Of a stretch of 64,000 nucleotides of DNA, positions 30,801-41,300 are shown one piece after another. A program made the translations under genes and the position numbers. Origin of the DNA: a virus; the IMG/VR virus record IMGVR_UViG_3300035204_002571, positions 1 through 64,000 of that record; one strand, given 5' to 3'. The notes under the pieces are model-generated. The model was not told the DNA's origin and searched no databases. It saw only the letters and a list, made by a program, of their open reading frames with translations. Position 1 is the first letter of the stretch; each line of letters starts with the position of its first letter.

Positions 30801-33800
30801 GTTTATTTCCGCACCGCATGTTTTGGGACTTGTAACACAAGTTGATGGAAACTCTGGCTCTATGTCTATAGAGTCAAGCATTAGCCGTGAGGCTCTAACC
30901 GCATCGACTAATGAGTTGGATAAAAAGATTAGGCGACTAGATGTTACAAAGATAAAGTCGGGCAAGGAGCAAAACTATAGACTGGTTGCATGCGATAGCT
31001 TGACTAGGCTGGCGGTAGTATTTCGCGGCCCAGATGAGCCAAAGCTGAAAAAGCTTTATAGCGCAAAGCTTGGAACTAAATCTTTAAAGGGTTATAAAGC
31101 CGGCAATGTTAAGTATGCTGGAGATAATTTGCTTGTTGTAAATTATAAAAGCATAAGTGATGTAACCGATGAGGGCTGGGTTGATATAACTATAACAAAA
31201 AAGGATAAAAGGTTTAACGTTACATATGATTCAACCTTATATAATAGGACTACGGTTACATTCTCTGATAGTTCTGAGATATCAGAAGGTTCTTTCACGG
31301 TTGAGGCAAGCGAGGATACAAACGTATTATTATCTGGAGAAGACAGAATAATACCTTTGGTAGAAGACGGAGAGAGTACATCTAAATTTGTTGATTCGCT
31401 TGGGAATGAAAATGCATCTTCAGTTATATTTCCAATGGGGAAAGGCACTCCTCCCTTTTCTCCGTTTCCATTGATACCTGCGGAAAGTTATAAAGATAGT
31501 GCAACTAATTCGGAAGCTTATTTTCTATTTAGCAATCCGATTAAAGTGTATCCCAGTGTGGATCTTGTGTTTGGAGCTATAGACAATAGCATTGTTTATG
31601 GTATGGCCCTGTCCGACTCACCTGTAGACGAAAATGGAAAACCTGGTGTTGAAGTAATAAGCATAAGTACAAGCGGAAATACTTCGGTAGCGATGAGTCT
31701 GGAAGACATAAAGGGAGCTCTGGAAGCTATGGGGGCAGAGGCCGCTGCGGCTCTTGATGCCGCTAAGCAGGGTGCTGAAGATATAGCCGGAGAGGTAACA
31801 GACTTAAAGAAGACTCTAGAAACTACAGAAAATGAGGATGAAAGGGCTGCTCTAGAGAGCCAAATCGCGGACAAAGAAGAAGAGGCTGCTGCAATCAATC
31901 AAACGATAGATGAGTATGAGGCAAACGAGGAAGCAGCTGCGGCTGCTCTTGCAGAGGCAGAGCAGCAAGCCTTAGATGCTAGTTCTGCTGGCTCTGTAGA
32001 CGTTGCAGGCGGCTTTGCAGAGGGCGTCGATGCCGTCACAGAGGGCGTCGATGCCGTTATGGGGGCTGTGGGTGACGCATTGGGTGCGTTGAACGATGCC
32101 CTGTCTCTATTGCAGACGATATCTGACACATTGTCAAGCTTGGCAAATATGGCAAATCAAATTGCTGATGCGGCAGAAGCAGGGTTGGCGTCTGTTTCGA
32201 ATAGACCTTCTGATTTTATCAAGGTAAATATTAAACATGTTTATATAGATAAAGATGCAAATATATCAAATTCTTATGTTTCTATAAAATCAGACCAAAC
32301 AGTGGGCAAATTAGTTGTTTCTACGAAGTTTACGCAAGTAGCTGCAATCAGATTTAATGTTCCAGAAATTATTGAGCTTAGAGTTAAGGACAAAAGCAGC
32401 GAGCCCTACAGGCTCACTCCTCCAAGGCAATTTTCATCTGCAGTGATAAACAGTGGCGACAAGCTTTTTCTTAAGACGATTTGTGCAACGCCAAATACAA
32501 AGGTTGAAATTGGCGGTTTTAGAGTAAAGACCAATAAGGGCAGCCCATTTGAGGAGGGGGAGTATAGAAACTTTGTAACAACAGTTCCAGACTTGAGTCA
32601 GTTTTCATTATTTGGCAGCAGTGATTGTTTGAAGATCACAATGACCAATTCTAATGAAAATAGAATGAGGCTTGTAAGTGTGTCTGGAAACGATATTGCC
32701 TTAAATCTAGATAAGAAGTGGGGCAAAAATATACTTGGAGGAAAGAGAAATAAGTCAGGCCCAGCCACAGATCTTCAAGATGCTCTTGGTGACTTTTATT
32801 TAAGATTTACATCCGTTAAGCTGGAGAAGGCAAACATTGCAAAAGAGTTTTTGCAAAGCTTCTGCGATATGTCGTTCCACTTGACTGCAGAACTATCACT
32901 TCAGCTTAGAAACTTTAAAGTTCTTCTTGTGCCTATTAAGGTCATCTTCTGCATTATTGACGTTATATGTGCCCTTCTTCATCCAATAAGGCTTGTTTTC
33001 GCTATAATTAGATTATTCTTATGCCTATATGATTTGATATTATTATTGCCACAGCTGTCTGTTCCTGCTATGTATTTGGCAATATTGCTTCATATTCTTG
33101 AGTTACTGCTTTGCGTCATCCTGAAGATACTCGGAATTCTAAATGCTATAAACGAAATTATTGCTGCTCTTGAAGTTGCTATAGAGCAGAAGAATTATGC
33201 TTCTATAATGGCCCTTGAGGAAACCTTGAACGAACACTTGTTCAGCCTTGAGGCCGACCTGTCTGTTCTGGAGCCGATTTTAACAATTCTGGCCCTATTC
33301 CTTGAGCTGTTAGGCTTGTTGTTCGCATTTCCTTGTCAGATAGGGGCTGACGAAGATGACGATGCCTGTATTGATCCATCACAACTTGCAGGCTTAATCA
33401 TAGGAAAGGTGGCTCCATTTGGGCGAATAGAGCCCGACGCCTTGCTTCCATTGGCTCAGACTTATACAACACTACCTGTTGATGAGGTCGGAACAAAGGG
33501 TAACACGCCTCCGGAGTCTGCTGACGATGGGGGTACCGTAGAAACAAGTACTGGAACTAATCCTACCAATATCCTGAAAGAGGTTATCGAGTATGGTGGC
33601 GGAAACGTTACAACAGGTGCAGATTACGAAGGAAATACTCTTCCTGGCCTTGTTGATAATATGACGGGTGAAAACAAAACTGTAGAAGAGGGAGGCTTTT
33701 TCTCAGGAGATACAACCGATAGTGGACAGATAGATAATGTTAACTATCAGAATTTACGTTTTAATGAATTTGAGACAGATCAACCAGGGTTTAATGGAAC

Positions 33801-35886
33801 ATTCTCATTATCATTCACTAAGAGTGTAAAAGAATTTGCAATTTTCACAGGGCCAGATCCAAGGATGGTTAGATTTAAGTTTAAAGAAAAGGGCTTAACA
33901 AATGCTTTAGCGTTTATTCCATTTTGGTTTATTTCTATATTCTTTAGAAAGAAGACTATAGATAACCTGCAAACTATGGACTCTCCCCCTGGATTTTTAA
34001 TCCCCAACTCTTCAGGCACAGGTCTTAAAATAGCCGAAACCGGAGATGACATAGGCTTAACAAGCCCTATAGATGGAGAGACCGGAATCTTCTTGGAGAC
34101 AAATGATGGCGGAGCGTCTTATCAGCCTCTTCCGTTGACTGCAACAATAGAATTACAGGAGCCAGGGGTCGACGAGGATACCAACTTGGCCGTTTTTACT
34201 CCCACAACTGTTACAAAGACATTTGGCAACATTCCTATGATAGCTTTAGTTGATGATCAGTTTAATGTATATTTTGTTGAAGAGACAGATGACGGAGGAG
34301 GGATAGTTGTAGAAGATATTGATGGAGTTCCATGCATTACGTCTATTCATGCCAAGATGATCAATCATCCTTCTGCTCCCAAGAAAAAATTTGCAAGAGA
34401 AGATAGAGAGGTTTACAGAGGCAAGGACGATATGCCGGCAAAAAGCGACAGAGCAACCAGCATGTCGGATAGCCCCATTCCTGCTGGTCAAAAGATTATT
34501 TATGAGCAAGCAAATGCAAATTGGGCATTGGGAATTGACGAAGTTATTGAGTCCTATACAACGGATCCATCGGGCAACTATGGCGGCCCCTTTACTAAGT
34601 ATGATGATTTTAATAGTGAAGCAGGAGGCTTTCCTGATGCTCAGACATATTTAGATGACTATGTTGTCGACATCCTGGCGGCAGCCGACCCAGGAGAACC
34701 TCCTTTTCCAGACTATGGTGTATATGATTGGTCAAATGGATCTAAAAAAGAGTTAAAAGATCTTGGAAACTCTATAGATACAGTTAAGGTCTTTGACTTT
34801 CCAAATCTCTACATTGTTGATGTTAGGCAGGTAGCTGACGATATTGCGGCAGCCTGTGGAGCCTCCGGTCCAATGGAACTTCTGCTTGACCTTCCGGGGT
34901 TTGAGAATCCAGATGAGCTTGAAGATAGCATTAAAAGAATGAAGGAATGTACAGAGGAGTTTATAAAGCACTTTAAGGATACAGAGGAAGACGAGGATGG
35001 TATTCCTAAGGGTGTTGCACCACGGATTAAGTACAAGTTGGCCAACGGAATGATTCCGGACAAAACCTCAATACCAGATGCTATTGGGAAGTTTAGAGAT
35101 TTACAGAAATGTTGCGAAGACGAGATAGACGTTATGTGCAAGTTTGTTATAAACCCGCTTAATACATCTTTCAAATTATTGAATGATGATGACGAAACGC
35201 CATTAACAGACTATATAAATCCGGAGCAGAAAGAGCTTAAAGACTTAATTAAATATGATATAATTGATGAATTAGATACAGAAGGAGAGCTTGAAGGTTT
35301 CCCCACGATTACAGGCGCAATGGAATATGCGTCAGGAATTGGTGACCTTGCAGTTGTAGAGGTTGGAGAAAAAGCTCTTATTAAGATTATTCCAAGAGAT
35401 TGTTATGATGAGCCCCTGCATGCAACCCTAGATCTTACAGAGAAGATTAAGATAGATTTCTTAGAGGACGAAACAGGTTCCGCTGAGTTGGTTGAGGTTA
35501 CAGAGGGCAGCGGCGAATTGATAGAGAAGGATGATACAGAATACTCCTTGGCGATAAGCGCTAAAACGAAAGGGAAAGTGGTTATAAAGGCTACGGTTTG
35601 CTCTATGGTAATACAAGCGGTTACAGATAGGGGAATATTAGGTGGGTCATCAGATGAGACAGATGGAGTAGATTGTATAGATGATGTTGAGACAGAGGAT
35701 TCAGATGGTGATGATATTTTTGCTCCAGGATCACTAATGAAAGTAGACAGAACTCTTACAATCTTGTTTGTCCCCGCCGCTGCAGACGGCCCAGGTGCAG
35801 GAAGATATGGTGATGCAGATAGGGAGGAGAGCGCTCGCTCGGCTAAGCCAGGGCCGCAGAAATTTGGTACAAAACTGGAGAATTAA
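27892..35886 (+). CDS. Giant virion-associated protein (2664 aa): Ig-like domains, Ala/Glu coiled coil and long hydrophobic helical block
   Basis: IPT/TIG-like segment near 29850-30175; coiled coil near 31690-32190; hydrophobic block 32914-33336; filamin/Big-like segment near 35353-35605. Confidence 0.6.
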   Translation: MASSSDYTGILPPIVGSIVTEEEYSTIYVNCNPEAQGSSTATSGRSTLESPELGVIFPDKAKTDTVVPLIGGSIVTLKLNNAEFNTSRGKSDNNDKNLTKYRTRNLNKKIKKIPGISAASTGEGSESTEESTAAEFVEISNLVDARLEINKALSSMPSLSQQWYNAGIPSLVLSRFKSTTIDNAADLQKEIDKKAKDKIRLSGLRPIGTLKFIPIEVLKTILDILANTEKEDFGLANYIGISGITFAELAKYLDGYKEDGRTYSGLGTGSDQEDKLIQILLEIFPIFHIDEDYIDGEDVKADIGYFTAHDDTLYVKMPDLSGRDSSGYSSNLYGIEEDDADEHITFCFEMAKFTEYSAVAFDHVAPPVLTLSSGDEEYPTDESDIAITVEKEGLDPESGISYYLSPIVDTKASTKVRGFKESSDAVEMFTAPVLTKPYLKDTKPIISVEDASSEFVEIYEKLLKHLQDDVSVFNPDDMERNSLIYNDERLVLSPEANHFVFEDLGLPLTVSLSDVGISNLSELLGELNRPEILLGMRGSESSNDKSDEKFFKPKTASARDIMASNRPNIILDIDEQIPSNWIKLSSPKSAEEDDEWELEIPYKSKATNEGTTDAGLDIYNDAATVEFVLYAVDEYGQIVRAPGQNVKIRPKSSMVTILDPNGFGRNNAINLSDPLGSASVTGEGLEGITVATFSSDELGENIVATLEDGVDGVTIKSTSDSSVKIKSDETVASIVGAAVGTFFMRLVSSNGISSNPKAIYVSEDGTRDGPDEEAAKITFDDPFGFSVKKFGKAVHSIPIIMDGTNSASITLEYKKKIFTSDSATLYAYIAVSDNDNNLAILKEDVGWTEEDGEEKAPIKKISIETEKSTSNFYIPTALEYEFGSSDFERKNKRKAVLKFLGSTGQFLNLSRFTELEAPASGSASNEYPAYILLTNNKLSDTSVSTLDTKGNEYAVIPIGSSSDDDKSYSPFISAPHVLGLVTQVDGNSGSMSIESSISREALTASTNELDKKIRRLDVTKIKSGKEQNYRLVACDSLTRLAVVFRGPDEPKLKKLYSAKLGTKSLKGYKAGNVKYAGDNLLVVNYKSISDVTDEGWVDITITKKDKRFNVTYDSTLYNRTTVTFSDSSEISEGSFTVEASEDTNVLLSGEDRIIPLVEDGESTSKFVDSLGNENASSVIFPMGKGTPPFSPFPLIPAESYKDSATNSEAYFLFSNPIKVYPSVDLVFGAIDNSIVYGMALSDSPVDENGKPGVEVISISTSGNTSVAMSLEDIKGALEAMGAEAAAALDAAKQGAEDIAGEVTDLKKTLETTENEDERAALESQIADKEEEAAAINQTIDEYEANEEAAAAALAEAEQQALDASSAGSVDVAGGFAEGVDAVTEGVDAVMGAVGDALGALNDALSLLQTISDTLSSLANMANQIADAAEAGLASVSNRPSDFIKVNIKHVYIDKDANISNSYVSIKSDQTVGKLVVSTKFTQVAAIRFNVPEIIELRVKDKSSEPYRLTPPRQFSSAVINSGDKLFLKTICATPNTKVEIGGFRVKTNKGSPFEEGEYRNFVTTVPDLSQFSLFGSSDCLKITMTNSNENRMRLVSVSGNDIALNLDKKWGKNILGGKRNKSGPATDLQDALGDFYLRFTSVKLEKANIAKEFLQSFCDMSFHLTAELSLQLRNFKVLLVPIKVIFCIIDVICALLHPIRLVFAIIRLFLCLYDLILLLPQLSVPAMYLAILLHILELLLCVILKILGILNAINEIIAALEVAIEQKNYASIMALEETLNEHLFSLEADLSVLEPILTILALFLELLGLLFAFPCQIGADEDDDACIDPSQLAGLIIGKVAPFGRIEPDALLPLAQTYTTLPVDEVGTKGNTPPESADDGGTVETSTGTNPTNILKEVIEYGGGNVTTGADYEGNTLPGLVDNMTGENKTVEEGGFFSGDTTDSGQIDNVNYQNLRFNEFETDQPGFNGTFSLSFTKSVKEFAIFTGPDPRMVRFKFKEKGLTNALAFIPFWFISIFFRKKTIDNLQTMDSPPGFLIPNSSGTGLKIAETGDDIGLTSPIDGETGIFLETNDGGASYQPLPLTATIELQEPGVDEDTNLAVFTPTTVTKTFGNIPMIALVDDQFNVYFVEETDDGGGIVVEDIDGVPCITSIHAKMINHPSAPKKKFAREDREVYRGKDDMPAKSDRATSMSDSPIPAGQKIIYEQANANWALGIDEVIESYTTDPSGNYGGPFTKYDDFNSEAGGFPDAQTYLDDYVVDILAAADPGEPPFPDYGVYDWSNGSKKELKDLGNSIDTVKVFDFPNLYIVDVRQVADDIAAACGASGPMELLLDLPGFENPDELEDSIKRMKECTEEFIKHFKDTEEDEDGIPKGVAPRIKYKLANGMIPDKTSIPDAIGKFRDLQKCCEDEIDVMCKFVINPLNTSFKLLNDDDETPLTDYINPEQKELKDLIKYDIIDELDTEGELEGFPTITGAMEYASGIGDLAVVEVGEKALIKIIPRDCYDEPLHATLDLTEKIKIDFLEDETGSAELVEVTEGSGELIEKDDTEYSLAISAKTKGKVVIKATVCSMVIQAVTDRGILGGSSDETDGVDCIDDVETEDSDGDDIFAPGSLMKVDRTLTILFVPAAADGPGAGRYGDADREESARSAKPGPQKFGTKLEN
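32018..32057 (+). repeat. 21-bp tandem duplication (EGVDAVT heptad x2)
   Basis: CAGAGGGCGTCGATGCCGT repeated at 32018 and 32039. Confidence 0.9.
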
Positions 35887-35889
35887 TAT

Positions 35890-37893
35890 ATGATTGAAAT
35901 ATCGGAATTGCTTACAAGCTACGAAAAGACAAAAGAGGGCAAAGATGGTGTTCCTCCGGATCATTTGAAAACTGCATTTGACGCAGCCATAACGTCTTTG
36001 ACCACAGGCTTTGGGGTTACAGACCTCCATGGTGCTCTCGGTCAAGGCGCAGGAGGTCTATCAGATGAATATGCCAAAATGTTTGAAGGAGTTGCGGAAA
36101 ATTTTAGTACTCTTTTTGCAGAGCTGAACAAGATGAGATCGTCTTATCTTCCGATAGAGTTGATCGAAGGATTGGATAGTGAGGGGGTTCCCAAAACTAT
36201 AGAGGAAGTTGTAGATACACAGTCTATTCTGGAATCGTATGAAAACACATTCTTTAGAATGCTTGGGATGCCATCAACAGCAGATCTCGACGATAATATG
36301 AAATTAACAACTGTCGATGAGACTGGAAAATATGTTAGTGATCAATTCAAGAGTAAGTACGAACCTATATTAGACAAGAGGCAAATAAAAAGATCAGAAA
36401 GACCAGGCGCTCCAACCAATAGTATTTATGATTTTGTATCTGGCTCACAAAGCGCAATACAGCTGCTAGAGAGTGAGGGGTTTACAAAGTCTGAAGAATT
36501 AAAGGCTGTTTTGGCTTCGTTAAAGTTTTTATATGATGCGGATGAGTATGATGCAGCAGGAGTTTCTACGTTAACAGGTCTTATAGGAAACATTGGAGAT
36601 GAAACGGTTGGCTCTACATACTCTGATCTGATAACGGCAGATCTTGAAACATACAAGAAAGGATATGCTTCTGAGGATGGCGAGGAAGCCACGGCATCTC
36701 CTGAGCTTATACAGGTAGCTATATTTAGTATATTAAAAAATTCTTTAATGCATATAGATCCAACTCGAACATATTCTATAAGTACACTGAATTCGTTATT
36801 TAATGAGTTTATAACTTTAAAGCCGGATGTAAACCTTATGCATCTGAATAAAGCTGAGGTTTTTTGGGAATTTTCACATTTATTATTTCCGCCTGTTCAA
36901 GATGGCAGGATAGCAAAATGTATTAATGAGCCAGCGAAGATGGTTGCAGAGCCGTTTACTCCAAACATTTTAAGAACTATAAATGGTCACAAGATGAAGT
37001 CAACGTTGCTGGAGGCGGTTATAAGGATAAGGTTGGATATAATTAGCGGCACGCAAATTGCATCTCCCAATACAGAGCCTGGATCTGTCCGTCCCCCGAT
37101 TACTGCAGGAAATTTTTCAGTACCAGTATCTCATGAGTCTGTTATAGAAAGAATGGGACTTATAGAGTCTTTGATTATAGTGAGATTGTTTACAGCGGTT
37201 CAAGGATTTGCTTTTGATGTTTATAACAGAATAGGAGATATGGTAAGCCTTCAGCATCAAAATGGCAATGTTCCTGGAGGCGAGATGGCTGAGGACAATC
37301 AGGCTACGGCTATTGAAAAAAAGAAATTTTGCGAAACAAACGACCAAAGATGTCAGTTAGAATCTATGAAGCTTATTGAAGACTCTATGTTATTGATATT
37401 GGGAGATAGCGATGTCCCTGAGGTGCTGGACATGCAGGTTGGAGTGGCCCGAAGCTCCGGAATGAAGAATGCACACCTGATGAGCGCTGTTTTGTCAATT
37501 ATGGACGTACCAAGAAGGTTTGTTGAGAGTCGGCTGGCATCTTTGGATGAAGAGCAGGAGCGAGCAGCAGAGAAGGCTGGTGATGCTGCAAGGTCTGCTG
37601 TTGCAAATAAAATTGGAATCTCAAAGGGAGTTGGAGCAATTGATGTTTTGGCTTTTCTGATAGCACTTTTTACAATGAAGGAGAGCGAGCTTTTATGCTT
37701 GCTTACTCCAGAGCAGTTTGAAAATCTTGAGGCAGAATATCCAGATGGATTTTTCAGCAGCTTTACGAGAGAATTGACTATAGATAATGCAGTAAATAGG
37801 GTTACAGATAGGGCTTATGATGCTTATCAGTTATTTAGGCACGCTCTAAGTAAACAAGGAGGCTCCAATACCGTACCTGTTTCTACAGAATGA
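35890..37893 (+). CDS. Hypothetical alpha-helical baseplate-region protein (667 aa)
   Basis: Long ORF between the giant gene and the gp25-like gene; hydrophobic 'GVGAIDVLAFLIALFTM' near the C-terminus. Confidence 0.6.
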   Translation: MIEISELLTSYEKTKEGKDGVPPDHLKTAFDAAITSLTTGFGVTDLHGALGQGAGGLSDEYAKMFEGVAENFSTLFAELNKMRSSYLPIELIEGLDSEGVPKTIEEVVDTQSILESYENTFFRMLGMPSTADLDDNMKLTTVDETGKYVSDQFKSKYEPILDKRQIKRSERPGAPTNSIYDFVSGSQSAIQLLESEGFTKSEELKAVLASLKFLYDADEYDAAGVSTLTGLIGNIGDETVGSTYSDLITADLETYKKGYASEDGEEATASPELIQVAIFSILKNSLMHIDPTRTYSISTLNSLFNEFITLKPDVNLMHLNKAEVFWEFSHLLFPPVQDGRIAKCINEPAKMVAEPFTPNILRTINGHKMKSTLLEAVIRIRLDIISGTQIASPNTEPGSVRPPITAGNFSVPVSHESVIERMGLIESLIIVRLFTAVQGFAFDVYNRIGDMVSLQHQNGNVPGGEMAEDNQATAIEKKKFCETNDQRCQLESMKLIEDSMLLILGDSDVPEVLDMQVGVARSSGMKNAHLMSAVLSIMDVPRRFVESRLASLDEEQERAAEKAGDAARSAVANKIGISKGVGAIDVLAFLIALFTMKESELLCLLTPEQFENLEAEYPDGFFSSFTRELTIDNAVNRVTDRAYDAYQLFRHALSKQGGSNTVPVSTE

Positions 37894-37946
37894 GAATAAT
37901 ATTTCTATTATTTTTAAGGTAAAAAACAGAGTTAGGGGAATATAAT

Positions 37947-38378
37947 ATGTCTTTCGATTTAACCTTGGAAAGAGGTGATATCAAAATAAGTGCAGATGGA
38001 ACCATTGATACGGTTAGTGGCAATTCAAAGTTGCGACAAGATATTATAAAAATATTATTAACCGAGATTGGTGATAATAGGTTTCATCCGAAATATGGAA
38101 GTTATATTGGCGCTTTACAGATAGGTCATTATGCTGATGGAAAGTTGGTGTCTTTAGATCTTGAGGGGTCTGCCAGAAAGGCTATCAGGAACCTTATGGC
38201 ACTTCAGAGAGCACAGGGTAAGAGGCAAAAATTAACGCCGGGAGAGATTATTATAGATATATTGAAAGTTTCAGTTTCTAGAGACGAAGTTGATCCCAGA
38301 CTTTATAATATATTTGTTTCTGTATTGACGAAGAGAATGACAGAAGTTAGAAGCAACGTTACAGTAAGAATAGCTTAG
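37947..38378 (+). CDS. Baseplate wedge/sheath initiator (T4 gp25/P2 gpW-like)
   Basis: 'KLRQDIIKILLTEIGDNRFHPKYGS...DPRLYNIFVSV' gp25-family signature. Confidence 0.88.
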   Translation: MSFDLTLERGDIKISADGTIDTVSGNSKLRQDIIKILLTEIGDNRFHPKYGSYIGALQIGHYADGKLVSLDLEGSARKAIRNLMALQRAQGKRQKLTPGEIIIDILKVSVSRDEVDPRLYNIFVSVLTKRMTEVRSNVTVRIA

Positions 38379-38386
38379 GAGAGAAG

Positions 38387-41300
38387 ATGGCAAGATTTAG
38401 ATCATTTAGTGAGATTGTTTCTACGATGATAGATAGACTGAAACTTTCTCAGCCAAATCTTGATACAAAACCCGGAACTGTTTCTAGGGATTTGTTTGTA
38501 GATTTGCCTGCAGATCAAATAGCAAGGCTGTATTCTTCAATAAACTTGGTGTCAGAAAAGCAATCTCTGGCAACGACTGTAGGAAGAGACTTGGATCGAT
38601 TAGCTTCAAACTTTGGAACCTCAAGAAATACTGGATCATCCGCAAGTGGAATTGTTGTATTTTGCACAAATAGCTTAATGACAGATATATCTATTCCAAC
38701 CGGAACCGTTGTTACTTCGAAAAATGGATCAAAATTTAAAACAATTGGAAACTTTGTAATGTCTTCTGCTGATAAAAATAGATTGGCAGCAAATGCCAAT
38801 CGTATACGGCGTGCGCTGAATATTGCCGGAATCAGCAGCTCATATGCTTTGGAGGTGCCTGTTCAGTCTGTTCGTCCTGGAACTACAGGGAATGTAGGAT
38901 CTCTACAAATAATTAATACAGATCTTGCTTTTCCGGTTTCTGTAACAAATCTGACAGCAATGGTCGGAGGAGCCAACAAGGAGACAGATAACTCTTTTAG
39001 ATCTAGAATTTTGTCTGTTTTTAGCGGAGCAAATATAGGGACATCCTCTGGATATAGAAACTCTATTCTTGGGGTCAATGGTGTGCTTGATGCATTGGTA
39101 GTAGAGCCGGGAAGTTCATTAATGTTAAGAGATGGCACAGAGACGATAGAGACGGGTGACGGGTCAGATAGAATTATAAGCTCTGGAACAGGTGGCAAGG
39201 TAGATATATATGTATTAGGAAGAAAGGTTCAAGAGGTATCTGAATCTTTTATCTTTACAGACTTATCTGGTTCTGGAAATATTTCTGATGAAAGAAATGA
39301 CTATACCTTGGGGCAGGCCGGCCAGGACCCGACCAGAACATCTGAGGAAAGAAGGGTTTTGGCATTTAAAAATGGATCACTACCAGTGCAACCTGTTGAT
39401 TCAATGGTTTCTGTGACCGGCAGCTCTTCGGGTCTTTTTACAGAGTCTTACGAAGATAGCGACGGAGTTGTCTATGGAAACTTTGAGCTGGAAAAGGATT
39501 TAAATCCGGAAACTGGAGGCAGTCCGTTTGGTTTTGACAAAATACATTTTATATCTAATACGAAGATCGTAGAAGGAGAAGGGCTCACGAAGATTGGATC
39601 TTTTAGCTCAGAAGCCCTTTCTTTTAATGATATCAATGAAATAAATCAAGTATATAGAGATATCAATGAAACAGGAGAGAATTCTGAAGTGAGTTCTGCA
39701 GGGAATGAGTTTATAAGTTTAATACACACCCCTATAATTAGAGTTAGTCAGGTTCAAAATAAGACAACTGGAGAGGTATATTCGGTTGTAGATCAAAATC
39801 TGGATTCAGATGGATTAAATACTTCTGGAGTGATAGAGATTTCAGGAAGATCTCTTCCTACTGCTGCAGATATCTTAAGTGTAAATTATACATGGAGGCA
39901 GGTATATGATCCATATGTAGACTACGCCGGATCATCAAGCTTATCCCAGTTTAGAGACTCATCTTTGACTGATTCTATAGACTGGTCCTCTACCGGTGGG
40001 ATTTTCGAAGAAGAGTCCGTAGTAACAAAATCAGAAGATGATTTGATGTTTCAAGTAAAGCTTGCTTATGACATCTCCAAGGTTATCTCTGTATATAAAA
40101 GAGAAGAGGTTGAGTCAACAATTAGCGTGGTTGACACGTCAGGCACAACGGACTTAGTCGGGATTGAGCTTGACTCTGCAGATGAGGCTATAGACAATAT
40201 AGTGTCTATTCGAAGAGCTAGTGATAATTTGGAGCTTTATAATACATTAGCAGCAGATGGAACGTTTGACGCAAGAATTATATATTTGCCATCCGATTCC
40301 GTAGGGTCTATTGATGATGAAGTTGTTGTTTATTATAATAAGGTAGAATTATTTGATATAAACAAAACAGATGGATCATTCTACAATAACGTTGTGGCCC
40401 TACCATCCGAGGGGGTGTTGGACGCAGAAGAGGTTTTTGACACAGTTGAAGACCTGTATTTATCTGGAGATGAAGTTTATGCAACTTATGTTGCAGATAT
40501 AAGCATTGTGCATCCAAGCACAAGCTTGAGCAATCTTCCAATCACAGGAGGAGAGGCTTCGAATACTCTTCTTGGATTAGAGGGTTCTGGGTCTTCTACG
40601 AATCAACCAGTATTTTTCGAATATGATTCAGGGGGAGATCCTCATTCTATTATCAAATTCGGGCCGGCTAATTTGGATATTAAAGTATCGGGAATTTCTA
40701 AACCAGGCAAGATAAAGGTTTCTGGAGTAACTCTGAATAGATATACTGTAGATGTAACTGCCGGGACAGCAATGAGTGGATTTGTGTTTGATATAGAATC
40801 TGAGTTAAAAACAGCATTAGATCTAACCTCTATACCTAGCAATATGGGGATAGCGAGGGTGGATAAGGTATGTTTGCTAGATTCTTATGGTGAAATAGAT
40901 AAAGAGTTTAATATTCTTGGATACTATCTAAATGACATAACATATGATATAGGCTCTGCTCAAGCTGATTCAGACCTAGATAATTCTCACTTTACTTTGC
41001 CATCTACTTCAACTAATAGCGCTATATCTATTAGTTCTGGAGATACGATAAGGGTAGAGCTGCTAGTATATAATACAGAGGGTTATGAAGAATTATATTA
41101 TTCCTCCTCTGAGCTAAGAACTACGAGCAATAGGTTTGCCAGAATCGATAGGGTTTCTGTGTCGTCTGGTTTTAGGTCTGTAACTGGGAACCTAATAGGA
41201 AGTGTTGAGATAATGATGTCAAGCCAGCCGAAGTCTGGCTCTACGTATTATGTTGATTATGACTTTTTGGCGCCAAAAGAGGGCGAGAGAATAACTGTAT

